A stretch of DNA of 64,000 nucleotides from an uncultured Gemmatimonadales bacterium (GCA_963739455.1 CAVUAK010000001.1:2496001-2560000); one strand, 5' to 3'; counted from the stretch's first letter, positions 20,295 to 30,295 are shown. Numbers and translations: made by a program. The notes: a model not told the origin generated them from the sequence alone.

Positions 20295-21411
20295 CTAGGG
20301 CGCAGGACTCCCGCCGAGGAACTGCCGCATCGCGGCAGTCACCTCGACCGGGTTGGAATCGAAGACGTAGTGATTGGCTCCGTGCAGCGCGAGCAGCCGC
20401 ATCCCGCGGAGTTCGCGCTGCGCTCGTGCGGTGCGCTCCGCCGCCCACTCCTGCAGCGTTGCCGTGAACTTGATCGCCAGGGCCTGGTCCTCCGGGCTCA
20501 TCGCCTGCCACGTGGGAAAGACGTTCGGCATCGAGTCTACTACGCGAGTTGATCGCCAGCGCTGGCGCCTGCACCGCGCCGTAGTCCGGGTGCCCGACGC
20601 CGACGAGCATCAGCGAGTCGATGACCGACGGCGTCACGTCGCGCCGTGAGCCGTGCCCGCAGCATCGTAGCGCCCGATGGCGCGGAGCTGCGCCTCCGGG
20701 ATCCGCATGCCGAACGAACGCTTCAGGTACTCCTGCACGGCGACGGGAGACGCCGAGTCGGCCGCGAGCATCGGGGGCGGGGGAGGACTGCCGCCCAGCA
20801 GCGCCGCGATGTCACTGTGGTCGTAGACGGCGTCGAGGTAGATGAGGTGACTCACCCGCTCCGGGTGCGCCGCCGCAATCCCCGTCAGCTCGTCGCCCGC
20901 AATCGAGTGACCCGCCAGCGCCACCCGCCCGAGGCCGAGCGTGTCGAGCACGGCGATCACGTCCGCCACTCGCGTCGCCACGTCGTATCCCGTGCTCGGT
21001 TGCGACGACGCACCATAGCCTCGGCGCGTTATCCCGATCACGTGATACTGGTCGGTGAACTGGGGCGCGAAATCGTCGAACCCGTGCGCCACGTCCTGTA
21101 GCCCCGACAGGAATACCAGCGGCGGCCCCGATCCGCCCCAGTCCAGCACCTCGAGTGACACATCCGGGTGCCACGGTGACGAATCGCACCGTGTGATGTG
21201 ATGGATCGACCCACGCATTCGTGGGTGGTGCCGCCCGCACGATCGCCTTGCCCAGGTGTGGCAGCCCCATGATCCACGCGACGCCCAGCGCCATCAGGAC
21301 CGCACCACCGGCAATGGCAAGCGCATGTGAATGCCGGTAGGCACCGACGAGCATAAGGCCCAGGCCGATCAGGAACAGCGCGATGAAGGCCCACACGACT
21401 ATGCTACCCAC
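20295..21411 (-). CDS. alpha/beta hydrolase (several frameshifts)
   Basis: LDWGGSGPPLVFLSG, RRGYGASS, GHSIAG, ANHYVF spread over four ORFs. Confidence 0.7.
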
Positions 21412-22054
21412 GGAGGGGCCCCATCAGCTTTGCAGAGACCGCCGAGAGCCACACCCACGACAGCACCACCACCGCCGTGAACACCGGAACGATCCACGGC
21501 TCCTTCGACCCCGATGCAATGTTGCCGAAGCCCGCGAGGAACAGGACACCGGTGGCCACTGAGAAGATCGCCCAGCCGTATTGCCGGAGGCCGACAAACC
21601 GTCGCGCGAACACCAGCGTGGCTCCGATCAACCCGATGAATCCGATGCCGCCCGCCATGAAGTGAAGCGGCCCGTGCCAGGTCATTACGGCCGGTGGCCC
21701 CGGCGGCGTCCCCGGCGGGAATCCATCCATCGGGTCGGCCACGAAGATCCCCGCCGCAATGAGCCCGAGGCCGTATAGGCCCAGCAGGATCGGCGCCCAC
21801 GTTCCCGCTCGCCCCGGGTGCAGCGCCCGCCGTATCCCCACCGCGCCCGCGATCACCAGCAACCCCGTCACGATGAAGCTGGTGATCTGGATCCAGCCGA
21901 GGTCGCCGTTGCTCATGAGGCTCAGCGCATGGCGCCGGATGTCGAATCCCTCGCGCAGGAGTACCTGCATCAGGCCCACGACCACGTAGACCGGACCGGC
22001 GAGCACGCCACACTTGAGGAGGCGTAGCGTCAGCGCATTGTCTGTCTGGCTCAT
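21404..22054 (-). CDS. DUF998 membrane protein
   Basis: GFDIRRHALSLMSNG, ADPMDGFPPG, WHGPLH. Confidence 0.8.
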   Translation of the reverse strand: MSQTDNALTLRLLKCGVLAGPVYVVVGLMQVLLREGFDIRRHALSLMSNGDLGWIQITSFIVTGLLVIAGAVGIRRALHPGRAGTWAPILLGLYGLGLIAAGIFVADPMDGFPPGTPPGPPAVMTWHGPLHFMAGGIGFIGLIGATLVFARRFVGLRQYGWAIFSVATGVLFLAGFGNIASGSKEPWIVPVFTAVVVLSWVWLSAVSAKLMGPLRG

Positions 22055-22434
22055 CGGCTCACCTTCGCAACATGCTGGTCGATCAGGACCGGGTTCCCAT
22101 CGGGATCGATCACCATCATGCTCGCCGGGCCCGTCGACGAATCATCGGCCTCGGCCGCCAGCGCGATGCCTGCGTCCTTGAGCCTTCGCTGTATCTCCCG
22201 GACGTCGTCAAAGTCCGCCAGGGCGTTGCCCGATCGGTCCCAGCCAGGATTGAACGTCAGCGTGTTCTTGGGGAACATCCCCTGGAAGAGGCCGATTGTG
22301 GACGAGTCGTTCTGCAGGATGAGCCAGTGCTTCTGGTCTCCCAGGATCACGCGGAAGCCCAGCGTCTCATAGAACTCGCGCGACTTGGCGATGTCCTTGA
22401 CCGCAAGGCTCACTGAAAAGTTCCCCAGTCGCAT
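22051..22434 (-). CDS. VOC family protein
   Basis: FSVSLAVKDIAKSREFYE, DPDGNPVLIDQH. Confidence 0.85.
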   Translation of the reverse strand: MRLGNFSVSLAVKDIAKSREFYETLGFRVILGDQKHWLILQNDSSTIGLFQGMFPKNTLTFNPGWDRSGNALADFDDVREIQRRLKDAGIALAAEADDSSTGPASMMVIDPDGNPVLIDQHVAKVSR

Positions 22435-22472
22435 GGAATCATCTCCTGTTCCGGAAGGACACTGCGGCCGTG

Positions 22473-23030
22473 TCAGGCCGCGATGGTCGATTGATGCCAG
22501 GCAGCGACGCCCATGGTGACGAGCCCCGCGTTCCGGATGGTAGTCCCCAGGGTCTGCAGGAGATCCGGTACTGGAAGCAGCCCGACGAGCAGGTTCAGCG
22601 CTAGTCCCCCGAGGAAGAGCCAGCCCGTCCAGGCGGGAAATATCCGTGCGCGGATGGTGGCCCACCCGAACGCCGCACCCCCGACGAGCATTGCCACACC
22701 ATGGACGGTATAGACCTTCCCGAGCTGGTCCCAGAGCTGGTCATAGTTGGCGACGTGCCCCGCGATGGCCGTCAGTGTGGTATGGGCGAAGTAGATGAAG
22801 GCGAAGCCGTAGAGCAGGGCACCGGCGAGACCAACCCTGGAAATCTGCGGGCGCTGAACGCAGTACAGCCCCAGGAGTACCGCCGGTATTGGAAGGAACG
22901 CGAGGTAGTTGAGCCAGAGCTGGGGAGCCGTGAACCCGCCATTGAGCCACTCCATGGCGTCCGTCACGGTGTGGGCCGCGGGTGCCAGCATCGCACCGAC
23001 CGCTATCACGCGTTGCGTAGCTCGATCCAT
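22473..23030 (-). CDS. hypothetical membrane protein
   Basis: Multiple TM segments. Confidence 0.6.
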   Translation of the reverse strand: MDRATQRVIAVGAMLAPAAHTVTDAMEWLNGGFTAPQLWLNYLAFLPIPAVLLGLYCVQRPQISRVGLAGALLYGFAFIYFAHTTLTAIAGHVANYDQLWDQLGKVYTVHGVAMLVGGAAFGWATIRARIFPAWTGWLFLGGLALNLLVGLLPVPDLLQTLGTTIRNAGLVTMGVAAWHQSTIAA

Positions 23031-23042
23031 GGGATGGAGCGC

Positions 23043-23414
23043 CTAGTCCTTACCGAACAGCCAGGGCCACACCAGCAGGCTCACTATTGCGCCCGTGGCC
23101 GCTCCCGCCACCAGCGCAGTGATCTCGGCGCTCTTGAACCCCTCCTCATCCCCAGTGGCACTGGTGATGGCGGCCGCCAGGATGCCACCGGTGGCAGCAA
23201 AGATCGCTGTCCGCCATCCCGTACTGGAAATCACCGATCGGCGGGCGTCTTGCTCGTTGCCGCCGGGCATCGGTGTCTCGTAGCTCAGGCTCGACCATGC
23301 GGCGGACTGCACGACGATCGACCTTGGTGCCGCGGGCGCTTGCGCCGCGCCAACCTTCGGAGCCGTGATTGTGAGTATCGCGAGCACTGTGCTCAGGTGT
23401 GAGAGGTTGATCAA
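23043..23414 (-). CDS. hypothetical exported/membrane protein
   Basis: Signal peptide plus two hydrophobic helices. Confidence 0.45.
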   Translation of the reverse strand: MINLSHLSTVLAILTITAPKVGAAQAPAAPRSIVVQSAAWSSLSYETPMPGGNEQDARRSVISSTGWRTAIFAATGGILAAAITSATGDEEGFKSAEITALVAGAATGAIVSLLVWPWLFGKD

Positions 23415-23512
23415 CTTGTGCCCGTTACTGAAGAGTGACTTGCGGCTGGACCTTCGCGCCCTGGGGAGAAGTCTAGGCTTTCCCGACGCTGTCCTCTTGG
23501 ACAGCAGGGCAA

Positions 23513-24331
23513 CTAAGAGTCCAGGTGGCGAAGTTGGTGTCCCACTATCAGGCCGAAGACGACTGTCATCAAGCCGTAGACCATGAGATCCGAACGTGCA
23601 GGCGCGTTGACCGCTCCTTTTGACAGGGCCTGTAGGCCTGCCATGACAAGAAGGCCGCCGGCAACGCTGAAGACTCCCGCCGCGTAGGGGCCGGCACGCC
23701 CCAGCTGATGGGTCGGGCGTCGGATAGCGGCGTAGGTGAGACCGCCACCGAATCCAATGAGAAATCCCATCGCGAGTAAGCGGCCAGCTGCAAAGAGGAG
23801 TGCCCCCAAGGAGTGACCTCTACCCCTTATGAGAAGCCCGAGCACGCGCAGCAAGGCGAAGAGCGTCATGCCGATGGCCCCGTACAGCGCCGATTGGAGC
23901 CAGCGAGGCACCCGCGACAGCACCTTGTGAAGGCTGACGGCAATTTGTGCTAGAGCAGGCAACGGGGGCGCCGGCATCACCCCAAGGTGCTCGACCGCTT
24001 TCAGCCGGGCCTGACATAGGGTACACGTCGGCATATGCGCTTCGAGAGCCGTGACCGCATGCTTCGCCTGCGTGGTCGACTTTGCTTGCTCCGCAGCTTC
24101 AAGCAGGGTGACGGCCTGCGTGCACTCTGGAAGCTGTAGTCGCTCCAGCAGGACGCGTCGTTCCTCGTGCGCGAGAACCCACAGCGCTTGTCGACTGACC
24201 GAGGCTGGCAGGCCGCTGGTAATCGTTTCCAGCGTGGAAATCTCATCGACGTGCCTGCCCAGCAGCTCGGCTAACCGTTCCGGGCTCGTGCCGATGGCCG
24301 TGCGGCGTTGCTTCAGCTCAAGGCCTGTCAG
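23513..24331 (-). CDS. putative XRE-like HTH + HxxxCxxC + multi-TM protein (old cassette gene)
   Basis: Frame of ORF 23513-24034 stays open to a CTG at 24331 preceded by AAGGAG; LKQRRTAIGTSPERLAELLG..., HMPTCTLCQ. Confidence 0.5.
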   Translation of the reverse strand: MTGLELKQRRTAIGTSPERLAELLGRHVDEISTLETITSGLPASVSRQALWVLAHEERRVLLERLQLPECTQAVTLLEAAEQAKSTTQAKHAVTALEAHMPTCTLCQARLKAVEHLGVMPAPPLPALAQIAVSLHKVLSRVPRWLQSALYGAIGMTLFALLRVLGLLIRGRGHSLGALLFAAGRLLAMGFLIGFGGGLTYAAIRRPTHQLGRAGPYAAGVFSVAGGLLVMAGLQALSKGAVNAPARSDLMVYGLMTVVFGLIVGHQLRHLDS

Positions 24332-24350
24332 GTCGGGACTCCTTCATGCG

Positions 24351-24378
24351 GTGTACGACGCATTGCACATGTGCTGGG
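24351..24378 (-). repeat. degenerate attC remnant (L'-R' half)
   Basis: gtacgacgcattgcacatgtgctg vs consensus gtataacgcgttgcacatgtgctg. Confidence 0.6.
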
Positions 24379-24611
24379 TCTGCGATCGTCACCAACTCGC
24401 AATGTCATGATGGGTGACCGGGCACCGGGCCCGCTGGTACCCCATTCAAGCACCTGCTTCACGGAGTCGACCGTGAAGGGCAGCGCGATCCAGGCTCCCG
24501 CCACGAACCTAGGTACCGGTTTCGGGTCACTAGCTCACTCAATTCAAGGTCTCAAAATGCGCACGGTCGGATTTTAGCAGCTCTATTCTCGTCGCCGATC
24601 CTGTGCCTGCG

Positions 24612-24739
24612 GCATAACGCGTGGCACATATGCTGCGGCCGCGGTCCGCGGCGCCAGCGACGCGACTGAACGAGCCCCTGGCACAGGCGGCGATCGCGCC
24701 GCAGATCCACCCGCGGCCGACAGCCACCATGTGTTATGC
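24612..24739 (-). repeat. attC site
   Basis: GCATAAC...GTTATGC; small deletion in the R''-L'' spacer. Confidence 0.88.
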
Positions 24740-24760
24740 AGCAGGTCGCGCTGCAGTGCG

Positions 24761-25372
24761 CTACTCTAGCAGGCGCCACATCAGACGATCCAGCCAGCCT
24801 GGTACCCGCGGCAGTGCTTCGTGGTCCTTACTGTAATCCTGCTCTACCGTCAAGAGACGCGCGCTAGCAGCCGAAGCGAGCTGACTTGCCTCCGGAAGCC
24901 GTGTGGCGAAGACGATCTCCGCCTCAAGGCAAGCTCGCTCGACGCTTAGCGCAGCGCCGGGATCGGTCCGGTATGAGATATCCGGACGTGAGGCGTGCAA
25001 GGCGTCGTGCACGAGCTGCTGGGCAATCCGGGCTGGCTCCGAACCTCGGAGGAACCTGATGTCCAGATCACACGAGCGCGAAACTCGACGGTAGCGGCCT
25101 CGCATCTCTCCGGCTAGCAGATGCACGACCACGTAGTCAGTGCTATCGCGCAGCTTTTGCCATTCCTCGGGAGCGTGGTCTCGGATGACCACGAAGGCGG
25201 ATGCGGTGCGCTCGAACAGTGCTTCGTCGGATGGCTCAACAATGAGGCCGATCCCATGCACAACAGGCGCTCGTGATCGGATCTGGCGCGCCACGACGCT
25301 ATCTGCGGCGGTCAGCGCGGACATTATCCCCGACAGCGCCTGACGCGTGAAGCCGCGCCCGATATTGGCCAC
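24761..25372 (-). CDS. cassette hypothetical protein
   Basis: Single ORF between attC sites. Confidence 0.6.
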   Translation of the reverse strand: MANIGRGFTRQALSGIMSALTAADSVVARQIRSRAPVVHGIGLIVEPSDEALFERTASAFVVIRDHAPEEWQKLRDSTDYVVVHLLAGEMRGRYRRVSRSCDLDIRFLRGSEPARIAQQLVHDALHASRPDISYRTDPGAALSVERACLEAEIVFATRLPEASQLASAASARLLTVEQDYSKDHEALPRVPGWLDRLMWRLLE

Positions 25373-25402
25373 AGATCTCCTACCGTTCAGGGGCTTGCTG
25401 CT

Positions 25403-25474
25403 GCATAACGCGTTGCACGTGTGCTGCGGCCGCAGGATTACCCGCGGCCTGCAGCCACTATGTGCTTGTTAGGC
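25403..25474 (-). repeat. short attC (72 bp, centre deleted)
   Basis: Both R/L arms kept; about 60 bp of the centre missing. Confidence 0.85.
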
Positions 25475-25491
25475 GACACTGGGATGAGGAG

Positions 25492-26256
25492 CTACGGCAA
25501 TGGCAGCGCGCCAAGCGACTCATACTGCGCCCACAGAGGCGTTTCTTCGAGCGGCCGACGCTCAAAGTTCTGCCCTCCCCGCCTCATATCTACCAATGCC
25601 CCGGTGGGCGCGACGAGCCACCAATCTTTCGAGCCATCCGGATCCGTGAGCTCATACAGCTTACCCTTACCGCGCGCAGACGCGGTAACCGTGACAAGGT
25701 CCCATTTTGCCGCAAACGGCCTGTAGATCAGGACCCGCCACGGCTGTGGCGCCCCGTTGAGTGACGCCAATACGGGCACCAGGAGATCCTCCATGCCGTA
25801 GTCGGCGACTCCCCACGGTTCTTTCGGAATGGGATATGCAGCGCGGGTTGTTCCCGTAATGCGGATAGAGTCGGCGGATGCTGTGATGACCACTTGGGTT
25901 TCCACGCTGTCGCCCGATGTCCAGAGCGCCTGCGCTTGGGTTGGGCGGCCGCCATCTAGGCGCACTGCCGAGGTGCCCAGGTAGGCTTCCCCGCGAACCA
26001 TTGCCGCCGACACTTGATTCTGGGACCGCTGTACGAGATGAAGCAGGATCGGACGCCCATCGTACCACGACACAAGGGTATCACCGGAGGCGAGCTGCCT
26101 GGACGCGTGAGCCGCGATAAAGGCCGCGAGTAGGTCGTGCGTTTGGTGAGCCGTGGGGGCCTGTGCCGCCGTGGGCCCGGGGAGCAATAGGCTGCCGGCA
26201 CCGACACAGGCGAGCACGCGGCAAATGATGAGTTGAAGCAAAAGCAGATTCCCCAT
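25492..26256 (-). CDS. cassette hypothetical exported protein
   Basis: Signal-peptide-like N-terminus; between attC sites. Confidence 0.6.
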   Translation of the reverse strand: MGNLLLLQLIICRVLACVGAGSLLLPGPTAAQAPTAHQTHDLLAAFIAAHASRQLASGDTLVSWYDGRPILLHLVQRSQNQVSAAMVRGEAYLGTSAVRLDGGRPTQAQALWTSGDSVETQVVITASADSIRITGTTRAAYPIPKEPWGVADYGMEDLLVPVLASLNGAPQPWRVLIYRPFAAKWDLVTVTASARGKGKLYELTDPDGSKDWWLVAPTGALVDMRRGGQNFERRPLEETPLWAQYESLGALPLP

Positions 26257-26265
26257 TGTGGTGCC

Positions 26266-26396
26266 GCCCAACGCGTTGCACATGTGCTGCGGCCGCGGTG
26301 GCGGCGCGAGCGCGGCGGCTGAACAGGCTCCTAGCACAGGCCGCGCTCGTGCCGCACGAACTACCAGCGGCCGGCGGCACCATGCGCGTGTTAGGT
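26266..26396 (-). repeat. attC site
   Basis: GCCCAAC...GTTAGGT, family consensus. Confidence 0.92.
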
Positions 26397-26444
26397 GGCT
26401 CCCGAACCCGTTTCGGGGTCGGTGCCCCTTACCCCCGGATCGTA

Positions 26445-26996
26445 TTACTGGTGCTCAGACCAGTGGCCGTCGCTGCGACGAACCCTAAGCACAGCCTGGG
26501 CGCGCGGGTCGTGCTCCAGTGCCCCGATGTTCCACCCGACTTGGACGGCGAATAGCTGTGTCCAGAGACGCGTGCCGGCGTGTGAGAGCAGGTGAGATTC
26601 CTCGTTAACCTTCAGCAATATCATCGACGTGGCCGTTAGGCCAAGCGTGTTGCTCAACTCGTCGAAGATCACAGTGGCGTTACTGAGAATCTTCTCTGCG
26701 CCCCGCCGACGGTCACCACTTAGCTCATGCACGAGCGTGAGCGCGATGATGCCGCGGGTGGTGGTTGGAGACAGGAGCGCCGGCGATGGAAGCCTTGCTA
26801 GGAACGCCTCAACCTCCGCTGGAGCCACCCTGCGCAGCGACGGTGTGAATAGGTAGGGATCGACGCCAATGGCATGCACACCGGATGCGGGGGGCGGCCC
26901 AAGGGGCGCAACCTGCTCCTCAAAGCGAATGAGTGCGAACGCTATGCGCGCCGCCTCCAGTCTGAGATCATCAGGCATCGATGCAATCGCCGTCAT
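26445..26996 (-). CDS. cassette hypothetical protein
   Basis: GGAGGA RBS then ATG; cassette ends GTTAGGTGGCT / AGCCACCTAAC are complementary. Confidence 0.6.
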   Translation of the reverse strand: MTAIASMPDDLRLEAARIAFALIRFEEQVAPLGPPPASGVHAIGVDPYLFTPSLRRVAPAEVEAFLARLPSPALLSPTTTRGIIALTLVHELSGDRRRGAEKILSNATVIFDELSNTLGLTATSMILLKVNEESHLLSHAGTRLWTQLFAVQVGWNIGALEHDPRAQAVLRVRRSDGHWSEHQ

Positions 26997-27017
26997 ATCG
27001 TGTCCTCCGCTGTAGCC

Positions 27018-27148
27018 ACCTAACGCGTTGCACATGCGCTGCGGCCGCGGTGGCGGCGCGAGCGCGGCGGCTCAACAGGCTCCCAGCACTGGCCGCGCTC
27101 GTGCCGCATCAAGGCCCGCGGCCGACGGCCACCATGTGCTTGTTAGGC
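27018..27148 (-). repeat. attC site
   Basis: ACCTAAC...GTTAGGC. Confidence 0.92.
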
Positions 27149-27160
27149 GGCAACGGACAC

Positions 27161-27724
27161 TTAGTTGCCCGCAACGACCCCACGCTCATTGAATTGCACC
27201 TTGCCGACCCGCCGAGAGCCCAGATCAATCTCGGCACCGAAGTACGACGCACCGCCATCACAAGTCCGTACTGCGCGATCAGCGAAGCTCTGTAGCAGGC
27301 CCCCGAGGCCGTGCGTACTGTGACCGCCGGCGGGTGCGAGCTGCTGGCGTAGCGTGTCCTGCTGCGCCGGCGTCAGATAGGCGCCATTTGCATACAGGAC
27401 GCGCTTGCCATTGATAACAAGGCCGCCGTACTGTCGTGCATAGTTGCCTACGAGTAGCGACATACCTGGCTCCTTTGGCGCGCGTGGTAACGCCGCCGCG
27501 AGTGCCTGCGCCAACAGCGAATCAGCCAGCGCCATCTCTGCCGTGCTCGGCCGCCAAAAGGACTCGGCCTTCAAAGGACCGACTCTCGTGCACGGGTCTA
27601 GGAGACCTGGCATTGCGGAGTCGGGAAGCGCGACGGCCAAGGCGGGATCAAAGACCTGTGATCCCTGGGTATGGGCTAGGGCGGCCACTCCCAATGCTAT
27701 CGTGACGACATGGGCTAGTTGCAA
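27161..27724 (-). CDS. cassette hypothetical exported protein
   Basis: Signal peptide; YARQYGG and CDGGASYFG motifs. Confidence 0.65.
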   Translation of the reverse strand: MQLAHVVTIALGVAALAHTQGSQVFDPALAVALPDSAMPGLLDPCTRVGPLKAESFWRPSTAEMALADSLLAQALAAALPRAPKEPGMSLLVGNYARQYGGLVINGKRVLYANGAYLTPAQQDTLRQQLAPAGGHSTHGLGGLLQSFADRAVRTCDGGASYFGAEIDLGSRRVGKVQFNERGVVAGN

Positions 27725-27744
27725 AGCATGCGCTCCTCATTGGC

Positions 27745-27875
27745 GCCTAACGCGTTGCACATGTGCTGCGGCCGCGGTCGCGGCGCGAGCGCGGCGACTC
27801 AACAGGCTCTCAGCACTGGCCGCGCTCGTGCCGCACCAATACCCGCGGCTGACAGCCACCATGTGCTTGTTAGGC
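27745..27875 (-). repeat. attC site (matches 58450-58580 from the crossover on)
   Basis: GCCTAAC...GTTAGGC. Confidence 0.93.
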
Positions 27876-28124
27876 CGCCGTCCCAGCCAAGCGGTTGCGG
27901 TGGTACCGCCAGGCCATGACCAGTACTGATAGCGTCAGCACGATGCTGACGGCGTCGACCAGTCGACTATCGCCGAGTCGACTCACCTGTGCGGTGGCAA
28001 CTGCGGCGGCCAAAAGCAGAAGCACCCGCGCGCGGTCCTTCAGGCCGCGCCGATAATAGATGCCGGCGACCACCGCAAACGTGATCGGAACGATTGCGAA
28101 GGCGGCGATACCGATTAGCTGCAT
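27870..28124 (-). CDS. cassette 3-TM small membrane protein (copy 2)
   Basis: Identical 84-aa ORF at 58575-58829. Confidence 0.75.
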   Translation of the reverse strand: MQLIGIAAFAIVPITFAVVAGIYYRRGLKDRARVLLLLAAAVATAQVSRLGDSRLVDAVSIVLTLSVLVMAWRYHRNRLAGTAA

Positions 28125-28146
28125 GGCGCCTCCAAGGTCGTATGCG

Positions 28147-28171
28147 GCCTAACTCTGACATCTGCTGCGGG
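28147..28171 (-). other. second attI-like site
   Basis: Minus strand CGCAGCAGATGTCAGAG/TTAGGC vs array 1 attI CGCAGTACATGTGATAG/TTAGGC; no attC arm upstream. Confidence 0.7.
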
Positions 28172-28352
28172 GGCCAGCTTGCCGCCATCGCATTGACCTG
28201 AGTAAGCCTAGCCGTCGGTACGTCAGTGGGCAGGATGGGACGATCGTCCCATGCCTCCCCCCCCCGTTCCCTGCGCTTGCGACGCTGGTGCCCAGACGGT
28301 ACTTTATGATGCAAAGTCGTTTGCGACGGTCGTGAAGCTTCTGGAGGGTCTC

Positions 28353-28937
28353 ATGACTGACGACAAGTCCCGCCGGCTGCGGGCCACTTTCTGGAACGCC
28401 GCGGCATGGAGTGCCGCCTGGGCCATCGCCGGCGGCGCAATCGTCACCCTCGCCGCCCTGTTCAATCCCGATCCCGCCATCGAGTCCCTCGCTGAGCGCG
28501 TCGGCATGGCGCTCTTTGCCGGGGTCACCTTTGGCTTCAGGTTCGCCATTGCGGGCGCTGTCATTGGAACCCTCTTCTCGGCCATCATCCGCTGGGGCTA
28601 CCGCGGCAAGCGCCTGGCTGACATCAGTCCCGTGAGGTTCGGGATCCTTGGCGCCGTCGTCGGCGGGGTAGGAGTGCCGCTGTTCCTGCAGCTCATGAAC
28701 GTGCTGTCCGGCGACGGGCCGATCGCTTGGGGCCTGGTCCTGGATGACGGTCCCTGGGCCGCCGTCTTTGGCGCTGCCGTTGCCGCTGGTTCCATTCTGG
28801 TCGCGCGCCGTGCCACCGCACTGTCGCACGAGTCACCCGCGCAGCAGCTCGAACGTGGAGACGACTACGGCGACCAGCTAGGTGACGATGCGGTCAGGAG
28901 CACGAAGGTGAAAACCCACCGCACGGATAATACTTGA
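28353..28937 (+). CDS. hypothetical membrane protein
   Basis: GGAGG RBS, 4 TM segments. Confidence 0.6.
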   Translation: MTDDKSRRLRATFWNAAAWSAAWAIAGGAIVTLAALFNPDPAIESLAERVGMALFAGVTFGFRFAIAGAVIGTLFSAIIRWGYRGKRLADISPVRFGILGAVVGGVGVPLFLQLMNVLSGDGPIAWGLVLDDGPWAAVFGAAVAAGSILVARRATALSHESPAQQLERGDDYGDQLGDDAVRSTKVKTHRTDNT

Positions 28938-28996
28938 GGCATGGCATCATCCTTTTCTCAGGCGCACCTGCAGCGCGGCAACCCGGAGCCAACGAC

Positions 28997-29404
28997 ATGA
29001 CGCTTTTCCGCGATCTTCTCGCGAAACCCGCCAGCTTGTCCGCTGCATCGAAATACTCAGTCATGAATGGGTTTGTCTACCTTGCGCTCGGCGCCCTGTT
29101 CATTGTCTGGCCCGGCTCGGTACAAGCCATCTTCATGGATGCGCCATTCGTCGGCCACGAGAGTGCACTGTTCCGGGTTGTTGGCTTGACGATAGCCGTG
29201 ATTGGCTGGCTCTACCTGTTCGGCGGGCGTTCTGGCGCGCGGCAATTCGGTCCCGCATCCGTGCTCGATCGCGTGGTGCTCGTTCCCGCAGTGCTCGTAC
29301 CCCTGGTGTTGGCCGGCGTCTTCCCTCATACGCTGGGAGCATTTGCGATTCTCGACCCGGCACTCGGCGTGGGTGCCTGGGTACTCCATCACCGCGCGAA
29401 GTGA
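28997..29404 (+). CDS. hypothetical membrane protein
   Basis: GGAG RBS, 4 TM segments. Confidence 0.65.
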   Translation: MTLFRDLLAKPASLSAASKYSVMNGFVYLALGALFIVWPGSVQAIFMDAPFVGHESALFRVVGLTIAVIGWLYLFGGRSGARQFGPASVLDRVVLVPAVLVPLVLAGVFPHTLGAFAILDPALGVGAWVLHHRAK

Positions 29405-29461
29405 AAGATCTCGACATCGCGCCCATTGTTCTCGTCATCACTGGGAGGCGAAGGTGAAGTT

Positions 29462-30295
29462 CTAGGCGGCGCGCCCGATGACCCGAGCCGTCCCCATCAG
29501 CACCACCAGGCCAATGATCGCGACGACGACGACCATGACGACCACGTTCGGGTCGCTGAAGGCCTGTCCCGCAACCACCAGCGCCGCAGCGATGTTGCGT
29601 TGGGCAGTCCCCAGTGCAAGCACTTGCCGCGTACCGCGCGCTGGACCGCCGAGCACCCAACCGGTGCCGAGGCCGGCGACGAGGAAGAGCAGGCCGGCAA
29701 GGATTCCGCCGGTTCCGAGCACGGCGAGGACGCTCGTGAAGTTCACCACGAGCAGCAAGATGAAGAGGAGCGCCAGGCTCAGGCTCGAGATGCGATTGAG
29801 CACGGCCCTGCCACGCTCGGCCGCAGCCGGAAACCGGGCATTCACGACCAGCGCAAGGCCCAGCGGAAGCAGCATCAGGAGGAGCAGGGAGCGGGCGATG
29901 GCCCATGAGTTGACCGAGACACCGGGCAGCATGAGCGGTAGCACCAGCGGGAGGTAGCCGATGGTGATGACCATCAGCAGCACCATCAATCCGACGGCGA
30001 ACCCGATGTCGGCCTTGGCAAGCTGGGCGAGCTTTGGCAGGAACGGGGCGCCGGCCGATGTGCCCAGCAGGAGCAGCCCGACTGCCAGCGGTTCATCCAG
30101 GTGCAGCAGGCGGCCGAGCCCCATCGCGACCAATGGAATCACCACGAAGTTCGCGAGCAGGGCGCGGGCCACGAGCGAGTAGTTTCGAAGCGGTGTGACG
30201 ATCTGGCGAACCGTGAGACCCAGGCCCATCGCCAGCATGCTGGAGATGACGAACGCCAGCATGGCAAAGGGGACCGCCTTCTTCAGCAGCTCCAT
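29462..30295 (-). CDS. bile acid:sodium symporter (BASS) family transporter
   Basis: SMLAMGLGL, ALLANFV, GAPFLPKLA, GTAQRNIAAAL. Confidence 0.85.
   Translation of the reverse strand: MELLKKAVPFAMLAFVISSMLAMGLGLTVRQIVTPLRNYSLVARALLANFVVIPLVAMGLGRLLHLDEPLAVGLLLLGTSAGAPFLPKLAQLAKADIGFAVGLMVLLMVITIGYLPLVLPLMLPGVSVNSWAIARSLLLLMLLPLGLALVVNARFPAAAERGRAVLNRISSLSLALLFILLLVVNFTSVLAVLGTGGILAGLLFLVAGLGTGWVLGGPARGTRQVLALGTAQRNIAAALVVAGQAFSDPNVVVMVVVVAIIGLVVLMGTARVIGRAA

Larger units (their letters stand above)
23513..28171 (-). mobile_element. integrase-less gene cassette array (array 2) with its own attI-like site
   Basis: Five attC of the same family as array 1 separate single minus-strand ORFs; no intI adjacent. 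Confidence 0.88.
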
